Origin: Actinomycetes bacterium
GTDB lineage: Bacteria > Actinomycetota > Thermoleophilia > Gaiellales > Gaiellaceae
DNA length: 31,120 nucleotides
Assembly: GCA_031394165.1 (NCBI GenBank)
Contig: JANMWV010000016.1
Location: 1 to 31,120, forward strand
Reading direction: 5' to 3'
A program made the translations under genes and the position numbers. The notes below the pieces were generated by a model. That model searched no databases. It was given only the letters and a program-made list of their open reading frames with translations, and had not been told where the DNA came from. Positions 17,957 through 26,887 of the stretch are shown piece by piece. Within the stretch, counting starts at the first letter, position 1. Each line of letters begins with the position of its first letter.

Positions 17957-18843
17957 TGAGTCTCCTTCCGCGTACCGACGCCGAGCCCGGCCCCGGGGCC
18001 GAAGGCTCCCCCAGCGAGCACATCGGGGGGCGGGTCCGGGATCATGACCTTCCCTCGAACCTGCCCCCCGGGGCCGAAGGCTCCCCCAGCGAGCACATCG
18101 GGGGGCGGGTCCGGGATCATGACCTTCCCTCGGGCCTGCCCCCCGAGCACGGCCTGCCGGAGGTCGCCCGCGCCGTGGCGATCATCATGGACGGCAACGG
18201 CCGCTGGGCGAGCGCCCGGGGCGTCGGCGTCGCCGAGGGCCATCGCGCCGGCTCGCGCGCGCTGCGGCCGGTCGTCGAGACGGCGATCGACCTCGGTGTG
18301 GAGTCGCTCGTCGTCTACGCCTTCTCGACCGAGAACGGGTCGCGCTCCGTCGAAGAGGTCGAGGCGTTGATGGAGATCTTCGGCGAGACGATCGACCGTG
18401 AGCTCTCCGACCTCGCAAAGGAAGGCGTGCGCACGCGCTTCGTCGGACGGCGGGACCGCGCGCCCGACTGGCTCCAGGTCAAGCTCTCGGACCTCGAGGC
18501 CGCCACGGCGGGGGAGACGCGCCTCAATCTCTGGGTCGCCTTCGACTACGGCGGCCGCGCCGAGCTCGTGGAGGCCGCGCGGCGCATCGCCGAGAGCGGC
18601 GTCGACCCGAGCAACATCGACGAGTCGGTCGTCGCGCGGCATCTCTACGCGCCCGACATGCCCGATCCCGATCTCGTCATCCGCACCTCGGGCGAGCTGC
18701 GCGTGTCGAACTTTCTGCTGTGGCAGTCCGCGTACGCCGAGTTCGTCTTCGTCGACACGCTCTGGCCCGACTTCGGGCCCGACGAGTTTCGCGCCGCAGT
18801 CGAGGACTATGCGAGCCGCCGCCGCCGATTCGGCGGACGATGA
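17956..18843 (+). CDS. uppS: Undecaprenyl/cis-isoprenyl diphosphate synthase with a repeat-containing N-terminus
   Basis: VAIIMDGNGRWA, GH, YAFSTEN, DYGGRAE, PDPDLVIRTSGELRVSNFLLWQSAYAE, LWPDF, RRFGG. Confidence 0.93.
   Translation: MSLLPRTDAEPGPGAEGSPSEHIGGRVRDHDLPSNLPPGAEGSPSEHIGGRVRDHDLPSGLPPEHGLPEVARAVAIIMDGNGRWASARGVGVAEGHRAGSRALRPVVETAIDLGVESLVVYAFSTENGSRSVEEVEALMEIFGETIDRELSDLAKEGVRTRFVGRRDRAPDWLQVKLSDLEAATAGETRLNLWVAFDYGGRAELVEAARRIAESGVDPSNIDESVVARHLYAPDMPDPDLVIRTSGELRVSNFLLWQSAYAEFVFVDTLWPDFGPDEFRAAVEDYASRRRRFGGR
17991..18140 (+). repeat. Tandem duplication, 2 x 75 nt (73/75 identical), in frame, encoding (PGAEGSPSEHIGGRVRDHDLPS[N/G]LP)x2
   Basis: Copies at 17991-18065 and 18066-18140 differ only at AA/GG near the unit end. 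The unit contains short palindromes (GGGGCC-GAA-GGCTCC; CCCCC...GGGGG; TCATGA). Confidence 0.95.
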
Positions 18844-19640
18844 CCGGCTTCATCTCTCGCATCCTCGTCGGTGTGATCGGCCTTCCCGTCGTGCTCGGCG
18901 CGGTCTGGGTCGGCGGCTGGTGGCTCTTCGGCCTCGTCGCTGTCGCCGGGATGATCGCCGTGCACGAATTCGTGCAGATGGCGCGCCCGCTGCGCCCGCT
19001 CGCGCCCGCCGTGTACCTCGGCGTGCTGCTCTCGCTCCTGGGCGCACAGACGAGCGTCGTCTGGATGCTGGGCGGGGCGCTCGGGACCTTCGTGCTCGCC
19101 TTCGTGCTCAACGCGTTCGCGAAGACACGCGCCCCGTCGACCGTCGCGATCGGTGCGACGGTGCTCGGCGCAACCTGGATCGGCCTCGGCCTCGGCCATA
19201 TCATGCTGCTGCGCGAACTGCATCACGAAGCGCGGCTCGTCGCGTTCACCGTGTTGATCACCGTGTGGGCAGCCGACACGTTCGCGTACTTCGCGGGCCG
19301 CCTGTTCGGCCGGCACAAGCTCGCGCCGTCGCTCTCGCCGGGCAAGACGTGGGAGGGATTCGTCGTCGGTTCGCTCGCAGGCATCTTCGCGTCGTTCATC
19401 GCCCTCTACGACACGCGCGACACGTATCTGTCCAGCTGGCAGGCGGTGATCCTCGGCCTGGTCGTCGTGCTCGCGGCCGCGGCGGGCGACCTGTTCGAGT
19501 CAATGCTGAAGCGCGACATGGAGGTGAAGGACACCGGCCGGCTGCTCGGCGGGCACGGCGGCGTGCTCGACCGCATCGACTCGCTGCTCTTCGCGGGCGT
19601 CGCCGCCTTCTACCTCGTGCTCGCCTTCGGCTACGTATAG
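18840..19640 (+). CDS. cdsA: Phosphatidate cytidylyltransferase
   Basis: Multi-TM protein; WAADTFAYFAGRLFGRHKLAPSLSPGKTWEG, GDLFESMLKR...KDTGRLLGGHGGVLDRIDS. ATGA overlap with uppS. Confidence 0.95.
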   Translation: MTGFISRILVGVIGLPVVLGAVWVGGWWLFGLVAVAGMIAVHEFVQMARPLRPLAPAVYLGVLLSLLGAQTSVVWMLGGALGTFVLAFVLNAFAKTRAPSTVAIGATVLGATWIGLGLGHIMLLRELHHEARLVAFTVLITVWAADTFAYFAGRLFGRHKLAPSLSPGKTWEGFVVGSLAGIFASFIALYDTRDTYLSSWQAVILGLVVVLAAAAGDLFESMLKRDMEVKDTGRLLGGHGGVLDRIDSLLFAGVAAFYLVLAFGYV

Positions 19641-20275
19641 ACGCGCTCGAGCAGCGAGCGGTCACCCGGCAGGCCGTGCGACGGGAGAACGAGCTCGACG
19701 GGGAGGTCGAGCAGCGCCCGGAGCCGTTCGATCACCAGCTCCCGCGTCACGTTCTTTCGGCCGCCGAGATGGATGTCCATCCCTTCGCCGAAGTCGGACA
19801 GCGAGTCGCCGCAGATGAGTGCGCCGGCCGACGGCAGCCAGAGGATCAGGTCGTTTTGCTCGCGCCCCGCGAAGGCGTGCATGCCGAACGGCCACTCGCC
19901 CGGCCCGTGGAAGTGCGCGTCGCCTTCGCCGGCACGAAGCCACGCGAGGTCGTCGCTCTCCATTCCGCGAACACGCTCGGGATCGATGCCGAACTTCTCG
20001 ACCCAGTCCTCCCACGTGTCGGCCGGAGGCGTGTGGACGGGCACGCCGCGATCGCGGACGAGCGCGCGCGCGTCACGTTCGTGGTACGGCGCCGTGAGCA
20101 CGATCGCGGTCGCCCTGCGGGCGAGCTCGTCGGGAACCGCGAGCGGGTCGAAGAGCAGAAACTCGTCGCCGACCTCGATCGCATACGAGGAGACCTCCGG
20201 CGGCCACCATTGCTCCTCGTTCCAGTCCGGGTGGTGCGACTGCCAGTGCCAGACGCCGGGGCGGACCTCGTGCAT
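19631..20275 (-). CDS. Metallo-beta-lactamase-fold-like protein with degenerate metal motif
   Basis: Start ATG 20275 (MHEVRPGVWHW). LLFDP, LTAPYHERD in place of THxHxDH, ALICGD, LVLPSHG. Its 3' end overlaps cdsA by 10 nt. Confidence 0.65.
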   Translation of the reverse strand: MHEVRPGVWHWQSHHPDWNEEQWWPPEVSSYAIEVGDEFLLFDPLAVPDELARRATAIVLTAPYHERDARALVRDRGVPVHTPPADTWEDWVEKFGIDPERVRGMESDDLAWLRAGEGDAHFHGPGEWPFGMHAFAGREQNDLILWLPSAGALICGDSLSDFGEGMDIHLGGRKNVTRELVIERLRALLDLPVELVLPSHGLPGDRSLLERVYT

Positions 20276-20643
20276 CAGTCGACGGCGAGCAGATCGACGA
20301 CGAAGACGAGCGGCTCGTGCGGCTGGATGGCGCCGACCGCGCCGCGCGCACCGTAGGCCAGTGCCGACGGGATCGTCAGCCTGCGCCGGCCGCCGACCTT
20401 CATGCCGGCGACGCCCTGGTCCCAGCCGGGGATCACCTGGCCCTTGCCGAGCTTGAACCGGAACGGCTCGCCGCGGTTCCACGATGCGTCGAACTCCTCG
20501 CCCGTGCGGAAGGCGACGCCGACGTAGTGCACGGTCACGGTCGTGCCGGCGACAGCCTCGTCGCCGGAGCCCTCAACGAGGTCGTCGATGCCCAGGTCGA
20601 ACGGGATGTCGCCGTCGGGTTTGGCGATCTCCGGGCGTTCCAC
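20275..20643 (-). CDS. FKBP-type peptidyl-prolyl cis-trans isomerase
   Basis: GTG 20643. VTVHYVG, FDASWNRGEPF, GQVIPGWDQGVAGMKVGGRRRLTIPSALAYG, LVFVVDLL. Confidence 0.95.
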   Translation of the reverse strand: MERPEIAKPDGDIPFDLGIDDLVEGSGDEAVAGTTVTVHYVGVAFRTGEEFDASWNRGEPFRFKLGKGQVIPGWDQGVAGMKVGGRRRLTIPSALAYGARGAVGAIQPHEPLVFVVDLLAVD

Positions 20644-20649
20644 GTCGGG

Positions 20650-20656
20650 CAGAGTA
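20650..20656. promoter_or_regulatory. Putative bidirectional -10 (TACTCT on -, CAGAGT on +)
   Basis: TACTCT (20656-20651) is 7 nt before the FKBP GTG. CAGAGT (20650-20655) is 6 nt before the MBL GTG. 18-nt spacer. Confidence 0.5.
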
Positions 20657-20661
20657 CAACC

Positions 20662-21381
20662 GTGGAGCAGATCAGCGAGCACGCGTGGTGGATGGAGCCG
20701 GGCCCGCCGGACCGCCCGTCGCTGTGCGCAGTCGTCGGCGAGCGCCGCACGCTCGCGCTCGACGCCGGCGCGTCGCGCGCGCACACGCGCGCCTTCCTCG
20801 CCGGGCTGCCGGCGAAGCCGTTCGGGGTCGTCTACACGCACTCGCACTGGGATCACGTCTTCGGCGGTGTCGAGATCGGCGGCCTGGTGATCGCGCAGCG
20901 TCTCACCGCCGCGAAGCTGGCCGAGCTCGCTGCGCGCGACTGGAACGACGACGCGAATGTGAACGACCACATCCGCGAGGAGCTTCCGGCGCCGCGCGAG
21001 ATCGAGATCGCACCCGCCGACATCGTGTTCGACGACGCGATCGAGGTCGCCCTCGGCGGCGTGACCGTTCGCGTCGAGCACGTCGGCGGCGATCACTGCG
21101 ACGACGCGTGTGTCGCCCTCGTCGAGCCGGACGGGGTGCTCTTCGTCGGCGATGCGCTCTGCGCCTCGCCGGCCAACGTCATGACCGCAGAGAAGGCGCT
21201 CCCGCTCTTCGACCGGGTCCTGGCGTACCCGGCCTCCCGCTACGTCGAAGGACACCATCCGGCGGTGACGTCGCGCGCCCAGCTGGAGGCGCTGATCGGC
21301 AAGGCACGGGCGGCCGAGCAGGGCGCAGGCGACCCCGAGGACGAGGACGCCCGCTACTTCCTGCAGGCGTTCATACACTGA
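20662..21381 (+). CDS. Metallo-beta-lactamase fold hydrolase
   Basis: GTG 20662. LALDAG, YTHSHWDHVFG (HxHxDH), GGDH, LFVGDAL, EGHH. Confidence 0.88.
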   Translation: MEQISEHAWWMEPGPPDRPSLCAVVGERRTLALDAGASRAHTRAFLAGLPAKPFGVVYTHSHWDHVFGGVEIGGLVIAQRLTAAKLAELAARDWNDDANVNDHIREELPAPREIEIAPADIVFDDAIEVALGGVTVRVEHVGGDHCDDACVALVEPDGVLFVGDALCASPANVMTAEKALPLFDRVLAYPASRYVEGHHPAVTSRAQLEALIGKARAAEQGAGDPEDEDARYFLQAFIH

Positions 21382-21385
21382 GAGA

Positions 21386-22447
21386 ATGAAGCGAGTCGCC
21401 CTCCTCGGCGCAACGGGCTCGATCGGGCGTCAGGCGATCGAGATCGTCGCGGCGCATCCGGAGCTCGAGCTCTGCGCGGCCGCGTCGGGCTCGACGGCGC
21501 TCGACGACGTCGACGCCCCGCTGAAGCAAGTGGGCGGCGACCTCACCGAGCTGCTCGAGCGCGCGCAGCCCGACGTCGTCCTCAACGCCGTCGTCGGCTT
21601 CGCGGGCGTGCACGCCACGCTGTGGGCGCTCGAGCATGGCGTCGACCTCGCGCTCGCGAACAAGGAGAGTCTCGTGGCTGCCGGCGAGCTGGCGCTCGCC
21701 GCTATGGCGCGCGGCGGCGGCAGAGTGCTCCCGGTCGATTCAGAGCACTCGGCGCTCTTCCAATGTCTCGAGGGGAGAGATTCCGAGCACGTGCACTCCC
21801 TGGTGTTGACCGGCAGCGGCGGTCCGTTCCGTGGCTTCACCCGCGACGACCTCGCCGCCGTCACCGTCGAGCAGGCGCTCGCACATCCGACGTGGCGCAT
21901 GGGCCCGAAGATCACGGTCGACTCGGCGACGCTCGCGAACAAGGGACTCGAGTTGATCGAGGCGCACTTCCTCTTCGGCATCCCGTACGACCGCATCGAG
22001 GTCGTGCTCCAGCCGACGTCGATCGTGCATTCGCTCGTGCGCTTCCGCGACGGCGCAACGCTCGCGCATCTCGGCTACCCCGACATGCGCGTGCCGATCT
22101 CGTACGCGCTCACGTATCCGGAGCGTGCCGAGACGCCGCTCGCTCCGCTCGACTTCTCGTCGCTGACGCTCGAGTTCCAGCAGCCGGACAGCGAGACGTT
22201 CCCGATGCTCGCACTCGCGCGCAGCGCGGGGGAGACCGGCGGCACCGCGCCGTGCGTCTTCAACGCAGCCAACGAGGTCGCCGTCGCAGCGTTCCTCGCA
22301 GGGCGGCTCCCGTTCCTCGGCGTCGCCGAGGTGGTCGCAGACGCGCTCGCGCGCCTGGACGGCGCAGCGGCGCGCGACGTCGACGAGCTGCTCGAGGCCG
22401 ACGCGTCGGCGCGACGTCTCGCCGAGCAGGGGGTGGCGGTCGCATGA
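21386..22447 (+). CDS. dxr: 1-deoxy-D-xylulose 5-phosphate reductoisomerase
   Basis: LLGATGSIG, LANKESLV, PVDSEHSA, SGGPF, HPTWRMGPKITVDSATLANKGLELIEA, PDMRVPI, NAANEVAV. Confidence 0.96.
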   Translation: MKRVALLGATGSIGRQAIEIVAAHPELELCAAASGSTALDDVDAPLKQVGGDLTELLERAQPDVVLNAVVGFAGVHATLWALEHGVDLALANKESLVAAGELALAAMARGGGRVLPVDSEHSALFQCLEGRDSEHVHSLVLTGSGGPFRGFTRDDLAAVTVEQALAHPTWRMGPKITVDSATLANKGLELIEAHFLFGIPYDRIEVVLQPTSIVHSLVRFRDGATLAHLGYPDMRVPISYALTYPERAETPLAPLDFSSLTLEFQQPDSETFPMLALARSAGETGGTAPCVFNAANEVAVAAFLAGRLPFLGVAEVVADALARLDGAAARDVDELLEADASARRLAEQGVAVA

Positions 22448-23673
22448 CGTGGGTCGTCGTCGCCTTCGGTCTGTTGCTGCTCGTCTTCCTGCACGAGCTC
22501 GGCCACTTCTCGGTCGCGCTGCTCGTCGGCGTCCGGCCACGCAGCTTCTACGTCGGGTTCCCGCCCGCGGTCTTCAAGGTGCAGCGCAAGGGCATCGAGT
22601 ACGGGCTCGGCGCCATCCCGCTCGGCGGCATGGTCCGCATCCCGGGCATGAACCGCCCCGCGGGTCGCGACATCGAGGCGTTCATGGCGGGCGCGCTGCG
22701 CGAGGACCCGGGGTTGGCGCCGCTCGTCCAGGGCGCGCGGCGTGCGCTCGAGGCCGAGGACTTCGCGGCCGCGCGCGAGCTGCTTCCCGCGCTCAGAGAC
22801 GAGCTCGAGCGCGCGCAGCTGAGCACGCCTGCGCGGCGCTCCGCGACCCGCGCGCTGCGCGACCTCGACGAGGGAACGGGCCTCGATGCGTACTGGCGGC
22901 AGCCGACGTGGAAGCGGATCGCCATCATCGCGGCGGGGCCGGTCGCGAACATCCTCGTCGCGTTCGTCATCTTCTTCGCCGTGTTCGCAACCGGTGCGCC
23001 GTCGCAGAAGCCGAGCACGAAGGTGGGGCAGGTCGAGCGCAACACGCCGGCCGCCGCGGCGGGCCTGCAGGCGGGAGACCGTGTCATTGCGGTCGACGGC
23101 CGGGCGGCAAAGACCTTCAACGCGGTCTCGACGCTGATCCGCGGCAGCCGCGGCAGGCCGATCACCGTCACGGTGCTGCGCGACGGTCACGCGGTCACCC
23201 TCGGCCCGCGGAAGACGATCCAGGTGCAGAAACGGTGGATCTGGGGATTCGTGCCGGCCGAGCAGCTCGTCTCGTATCCGCTCGGCACGAGCCTCGGCAA
23301 GGCGGCGGACGAGTGCTGGCGCGTCGTCGCGGCGACGGGCAGCGGCTTCGCCGGCATCTTCCGGGCGAAGGAGCGCGCGCAGATCTCGGGGCCCGTCGGG
23401 ATCGTTCGCACGTCGCAGGAGGCGTTGAAGGCCGGGTTCAGCTGGTATCTGCTGCTGCTCGGGCTGATCAGCATGTCGCTCGCCCTCCTCAACCTGCTGC
23501 CGCTGCTGCCGCTCGACGGCGGCCACATCCTGTTCTCGCTGATCGAGTCCGTGCGCCGCCGGGCGCTCGCCCGCGAGGTCTACGAGCGCGTCTCGATGGC
23601 GGGCATCGCGCTGATCCTCGTGCTGATGTACATCGCGCTGCACAACGACTTCTCGTCCGGCCCGCCGCGGTAG
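22444..23673 (+). CDS. rseP: RseP/RIP site-2 metalloprotease (M50) with one PDZ domain
   Basis: HELGH, AIPLGGMVRIPGM, AAGPVAN, TPAAAAGLQAGDRVIAVDG, SGPVGI, NLLPLLPLDGGH. ATGA overlap with dxr. Confidence 0.94.
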   Translation: MTWVVVAFGLLLLVFLHELGHFSVALLVGVRPRSFYVGFPPAVFKVQRKGIEYGLGAIPLGGMVRIPGMNRPAGRDIEAFMAGALREDPGLAPLVQGARRALEAEDFAAARELLPALRDELERAQLSTPARRSATRALRDLDEGTGLDAYWRQPTWKRIAIIAAGPVANILVAFVIFFAVFATGAPSQKPSTKVGQVERNTPAAAAGLQAGDRVIAVDGRAAKTFNAVSTLIRGSRGRPITVTVLRDGHAVTLGPRKTIQVQKRWIWGFVPAEQLVSYPLGTSLGKAADECWRVVAATGSGFAGIFRAKERAQISGPVGIVRTSQEALKAGFSWYLLLLGLISMSLALLNLLPLLPLDGGHILFSLIESVRRRALAREVYERVSMAGIALILVLMYIALHNDFSSGPPR

Positions 23674-23737
23674 GCGCCGAGCTTCAGCGTCTACTGAGCC
23701 TGGAGTTCGCGCGAAGCCCCGGGCTAGACTGAGGCCG

Positions 23738-24871
23738 ATGGCGAGCACGCGTCAGATCTCGGTGGGAGGCGTCACGATCGGCGGCGGCGCGAACGTCGTC
23801 GTCCAGTCGATGACGCTCACGAAGACGCACGACGTCGCGGCGACGGTGGCGCAAATCGCCGCGCTCGCGTCCGCCGGCTGCGAGATCGTGCGCGTCGCGG
23901 TGCCAAAGCTCGAGGACGCGGAAGCGCTGCCACGCATCGTGCGGCTGTCGCCGCTGCCCGTGATCGCAGACATCCATTTCAACGCGAGCCTCGCGCTGAA
24001 GGCGATCGAGGGCGGCGTCGCTGCGGTGCGCATCAACCCCGGCAACATCGGCGGGCCCGACAAGGTCGCGCTCGTCGTCGAGGCCGCGAAGCGCGCGGGC
24101 ATCCCGATGCGCATCGGCGCCAACTCCGGCTCGCTGCCGAAGCATCTCTTCGAGCTCGCGCAACAGGATCAGGCCGAAGCGCTCGTCGAGGCGGCGCTCG
24201 AGGAAGTGCGCCTGCTCGAGAGTCTCGACTTCCACGACTTCAAGATCTCCGTCAAATCGAGCCACGTGCCGACGATGATCCGCGCCTATCGGCTGCTGTC
24301 GGACAAGGTGCCGTACCCGTTGCACCTCGGCGTCACCGAGGCGGGCACGCCGTTCTCCGGCTCGATCAAGTCGGCGGTGGGGATGGGCGCGCTGCTCGTC
24401 GACGGCATCGGCGACACCCTGCGCGTCTCGCTGACGGCCGACCCGGTGGAGGAGATCAAGACCGCATTCGAGATCCTCAAGGCGCTCGGCCTGCGCGAGC
24501 GCGGCCCGGTGATGATCGCGTGCCCGAGCTGCGGCCGCGACAACGTCGGCGTGCAGACGCTCGCCGAGAAGGTCGAGGAGCGGTTGCACACGTATCCACA
24601 GCACTTCGAGGTCGCCGTGCTCGGCTGCGCGGTGAACGGTCCCGGCGAGGCCGGCGACGCCGACTTCGGCATCGCAGGCGGACGCGATGTCGGCTTCGTG
24701 TACTCGCACGGCCGCGTGCTGAAGAAGGTCTCGTCCGACATCCTCATCGACGAGCTCTTCTCCGAGATCGACAAGTGGATCGCCGAGGGGATGCACCGTC
24801 CGAAGCGACTCAAGATGGCGAAGCCGGCCGCGCTTGCGATGGCCGAAGCATCGTTGATTCCGGTCGAGTAG
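23738..24871 (+). CDS. ispG: 4-hydroxy-3-methylbut-2-en-1-yl diphosphate synthase
   Basis: VQSMT, GCEIVRVAVP, IADIHF, RINPGNIG, RIGANSGSL, YPLHLGVTEAG, GIGDTLRVSLT, CPSCGR, GCAVNGPGEA. Confidence 0.97.
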   Translation: MASTRQISVGGVTIGGGANVVVQSMTLTKTHDVAATVAQIAALASAGCEIVRVAVPKLEDAEALPRIVRLSPLPVIADIHFNASLALKAIEGGVAAVRINPGNIGGPDKVALVVEAAKRAGIPMRIGANSGSLPKHLFELAQQDQAEALVEAALEEVRLLESLDFHDFKISVKSSHVPTMIRAYRLLSDKVPYPLHLGVTEAGTPFSGSIKSAVGMGALLVDGIGDTLRVSLTADPVEEIKTAFEILKALGLRERGPVMIACPSCGRDNVGVQTLAEKVEERLHTYPQHFEVAVLGCAVNGPGEAGDADFGIAGGRDVGFVYSHGRVLKKVSSDILIDELFSEIDKWIAEGMHRPKRLKMAKPAALAMAEASLIPVE

Positions 24872-24887
24872 CCTGCCCGGACAACAG

Positions 24888-26549
24888 ATGATCGCCCGAG
24901 CATCTCAGCTCTTCATTCCGACGCTGCGCAACGACCCGGCGGACGCCGAGGCGGCCTCGCACAGGCTGCTCGTGCGCGGCGGCTACATCCGCCAGGTGAG
25001 CGCCGGCCTCTGGACGTACCTGCCCCTCGGCTGGCGTGTGCATCGCAAGGTGGAGCAGATCATCCGCGAGGAGATGGACGCGATCGGCGGCCAGGAGATG
25101 TACGCGCCCGTCCTCACGCCTGCCGAGCTGTGGGAGACGAGCGGGCGGTATCCGATCCCCGAGGTGTTCAAGCTCGAGGACCGCGGCGGCCGGCGGTTCG
25201 TGCTTCCGCTCTCGCACGAGGAGTCGTTCACGTTCCACGCGACGGAGCTGCAGTCGTACAAGCAGTTGCCGCAGGCCTGGTACCACTTCCAGACGAAGGA
25301 CCGCGACGAGCCCCGTCCGAAGGCCGGCCTGTTGCGCGTACGCGAGTTCGTCATGAAGGACGCCTACTCGTTCGACCGCGACGAGGCGGGGCTCGACGAA
25401 AGCTACCGCAAGCACGGTGAGGCCTATGCGCGCATCTTCGAGCGCTGCGGGCTCGCCTTCCAGCGCGTCCTGGCGGAGTCCGGTCTGATGGGCGGCTCCG
25501 AGAGCGAGGACTTCCTCGCGCCTGCAGCAGCCGGCGAGAACATGCTCGTGACGTGCGAGAGCGGCGACTACGCGGCGGACATGGACGTCGCTCGAGGCAT
25601 TCCGCGTGCGCCGGAGTTTCCCGAGGCGCTCGACGCTCCTGTCGAGATCGAGACGCCCGGCGCCGACACGATCGAGAAGCTCGCCGTCTTCCTGCAGATC
25701 GACGAAGCCGCGACGTCGAAGGCGATGCCTGTGACGACAGCCGGTGGAACGGTCGTGCTCGCGCTCGTGCGCGGCGACGACCGCTTGTCGGAGGACAAGC
25801 TGCTCGAGGCGCTCGGCACGGATTTCCGGCCTGCGACGGCCGACGAGATCAGCGACGCGTTCGGTGCAGGCGGCGGATCGCTCGGGCCCGTCGGCTTCGC
25901 GGGCGAGGTCGTCGCAGACGAGGCGCTGCGCGAGGGGCAGTTTGTCGCCGGAGCGAACCGCGACGGCTGGCATCTTCGCGGCGTCGAGGCGGGTCGCGAC
26001 TACGAAGCCCGTTTCGCCGACATCCGCGCGACGAAGGAAGACGACACGTGCCCCAACTGCGGAGGCAAGCTCATCGTCCAGACTGCGATCGAGCTGGGGC
26101 ACATCTTCAAGCTGGGCACCGACTACTCCGTCCCGTTCGGAGCAACGTTCCTCGACGAGGACGGAAGCGAGAAGCCGCTCGTGATGGGCAGCTACGGCAT
26201 CGGCCCGGGGCGCGTGATCGCGGCGATCGTCGAACAGCATCACGACGAGCGCGGCATCGCATGGCCGGACGAGGTCGCCCCGTACGACGCCCACGTCGTC
26301 GCGCTCACCGGAGCCGACGAGATCGCGCTCGCCGCGGCGGAGGCGCTGTCCGCGGCGGGGCTCGACGTGCTCCTCGACGACCGCGCGGCGCGGACGGGCG
26401 AGAAGTTCGCGGACGCAGACCTCGTCGGCGCGCCCATTCGCGTCACGGCCGGCAAGAAGAGCCTCGAGGACGGGATGGTGGACGTGCGGAACCGCACGAC
26501 CGGCGAGGAGACGCGGTTAGCGGTTGCGGAACTTGGCAAGAGGGTCTGA
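24888..26549 (+). CDS. proS: Proline--tRNA ligase (bacterial type with editing insertion)
   Basis: SHRLLVRGGYIRQ, LWETSGR, HEE, RDEPRP...LLRVREFVMKDAYSFD, IELGHIFKLG, MGSYGIG, GEKFADADLVG. Confidence 0.96.
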   Translation: MIARASQLFIPTLRNDPADAEAASHRLLVRGGYIRQVSAGLWTYLPLGWRVHRKVEQIIREEMDAIGGQEMYAPVLTPAELWETSGRYPIPEVFKLEDRGGRRFVLPLSHEESFTFHATELQSYKQLPQAWYHFQTKDRDEPRPKAGLLRVREFVMKDAYSFDRDEAGLDESYRKHGEAYARIFERCGLAFQRVLAESGLMGGSESEDFLAPAAAGENMLVTCESGDYAADMDVARGIPRAPEFPEALDAPVEIETPGADTIEKLAVFLQIDEAATSKAMPVTTAGGTVVLALVRGDDRLSEDKLLEALGTDFRPATADEISDAFGAGGGSLGPVGFAGEVVADEALREGQFVAGANRDGWHLRGVEAGRDYEARFADIRATKEDDTCPNCGGKLIVQTAIELGHIFKLGTDYSVPFGATFLDEDGSEKPLVMGSYGIGPGRVIAAIVEQHHDERGIAWPDEVAPYDAHVVALTGADEIALAAAEALSAAGLDVLLDDRAARTGEKFADADLVGAPIRVTAGKKSLEDGMVDVRNRTTGEETRLAVAELGKRV

Positions 26550-26551
26550 GG

Positions 26552-26848
26552 ATGACGCGGCGCAAGCGATTTAGCGAAGAGCCCTTCGGAGCGACGATCG
26601 AGACACTGATGGCCGAGGTGGGGGTCACGTACCGGGAGCTGGCGGCCCGGACCGGGCTCTCCGCCGGCTATCTCAACCATCTCGTGCACGGCAACCGGCC
26701 CGTGCCGTCGACCGACGTCGTGCGCGTCCTCGCGGAGGCACTCGGAGTCGACGCGGACCATTTCCGCGAGTTCCGGCTGCGCTCGATCACCGAGCGGCTC
26801 GAGGCGATGCCGGACCTGATCGACCGGCTCTACAAGCGCCTGGCGTAG
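26552..26848 (+). CDS. XRE-family helix-turn-helix protein
   Basis: GVTYRELAARTGLSAGYLNHLVHGNRPVPS...LAEALGV. ATG 2 nt after the proS stop. Confidence 0.85.
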   Translation: MTRRKRFSEEPFGATIETLMAEVGVTYRELAARTGLSAGYLNHLVHGNRPVPSTDVVRVLAEALGVDADHFREFRLRSITERLEAMPDLIDRLYKRLA

Positions 26849-26887
26849 CGGCCCCCCGCGGGCGGCCAGGTATCCTGCCGCGTACTT

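Noticed and set aside
17991-18140. Repeat considered as a CRISPR array
   Set aside because: The two units are contiguous, with no unique spacers and no cas genes; it lies in frame inside a CDS.
23706-23715. Perfect 10-bp palindrome TTCGCGCGAA upstream of the ispG -10
   Set aside because: CG-rich 10-mers of this kind arise easily by chance here; no second copy was noticed to support an operator.
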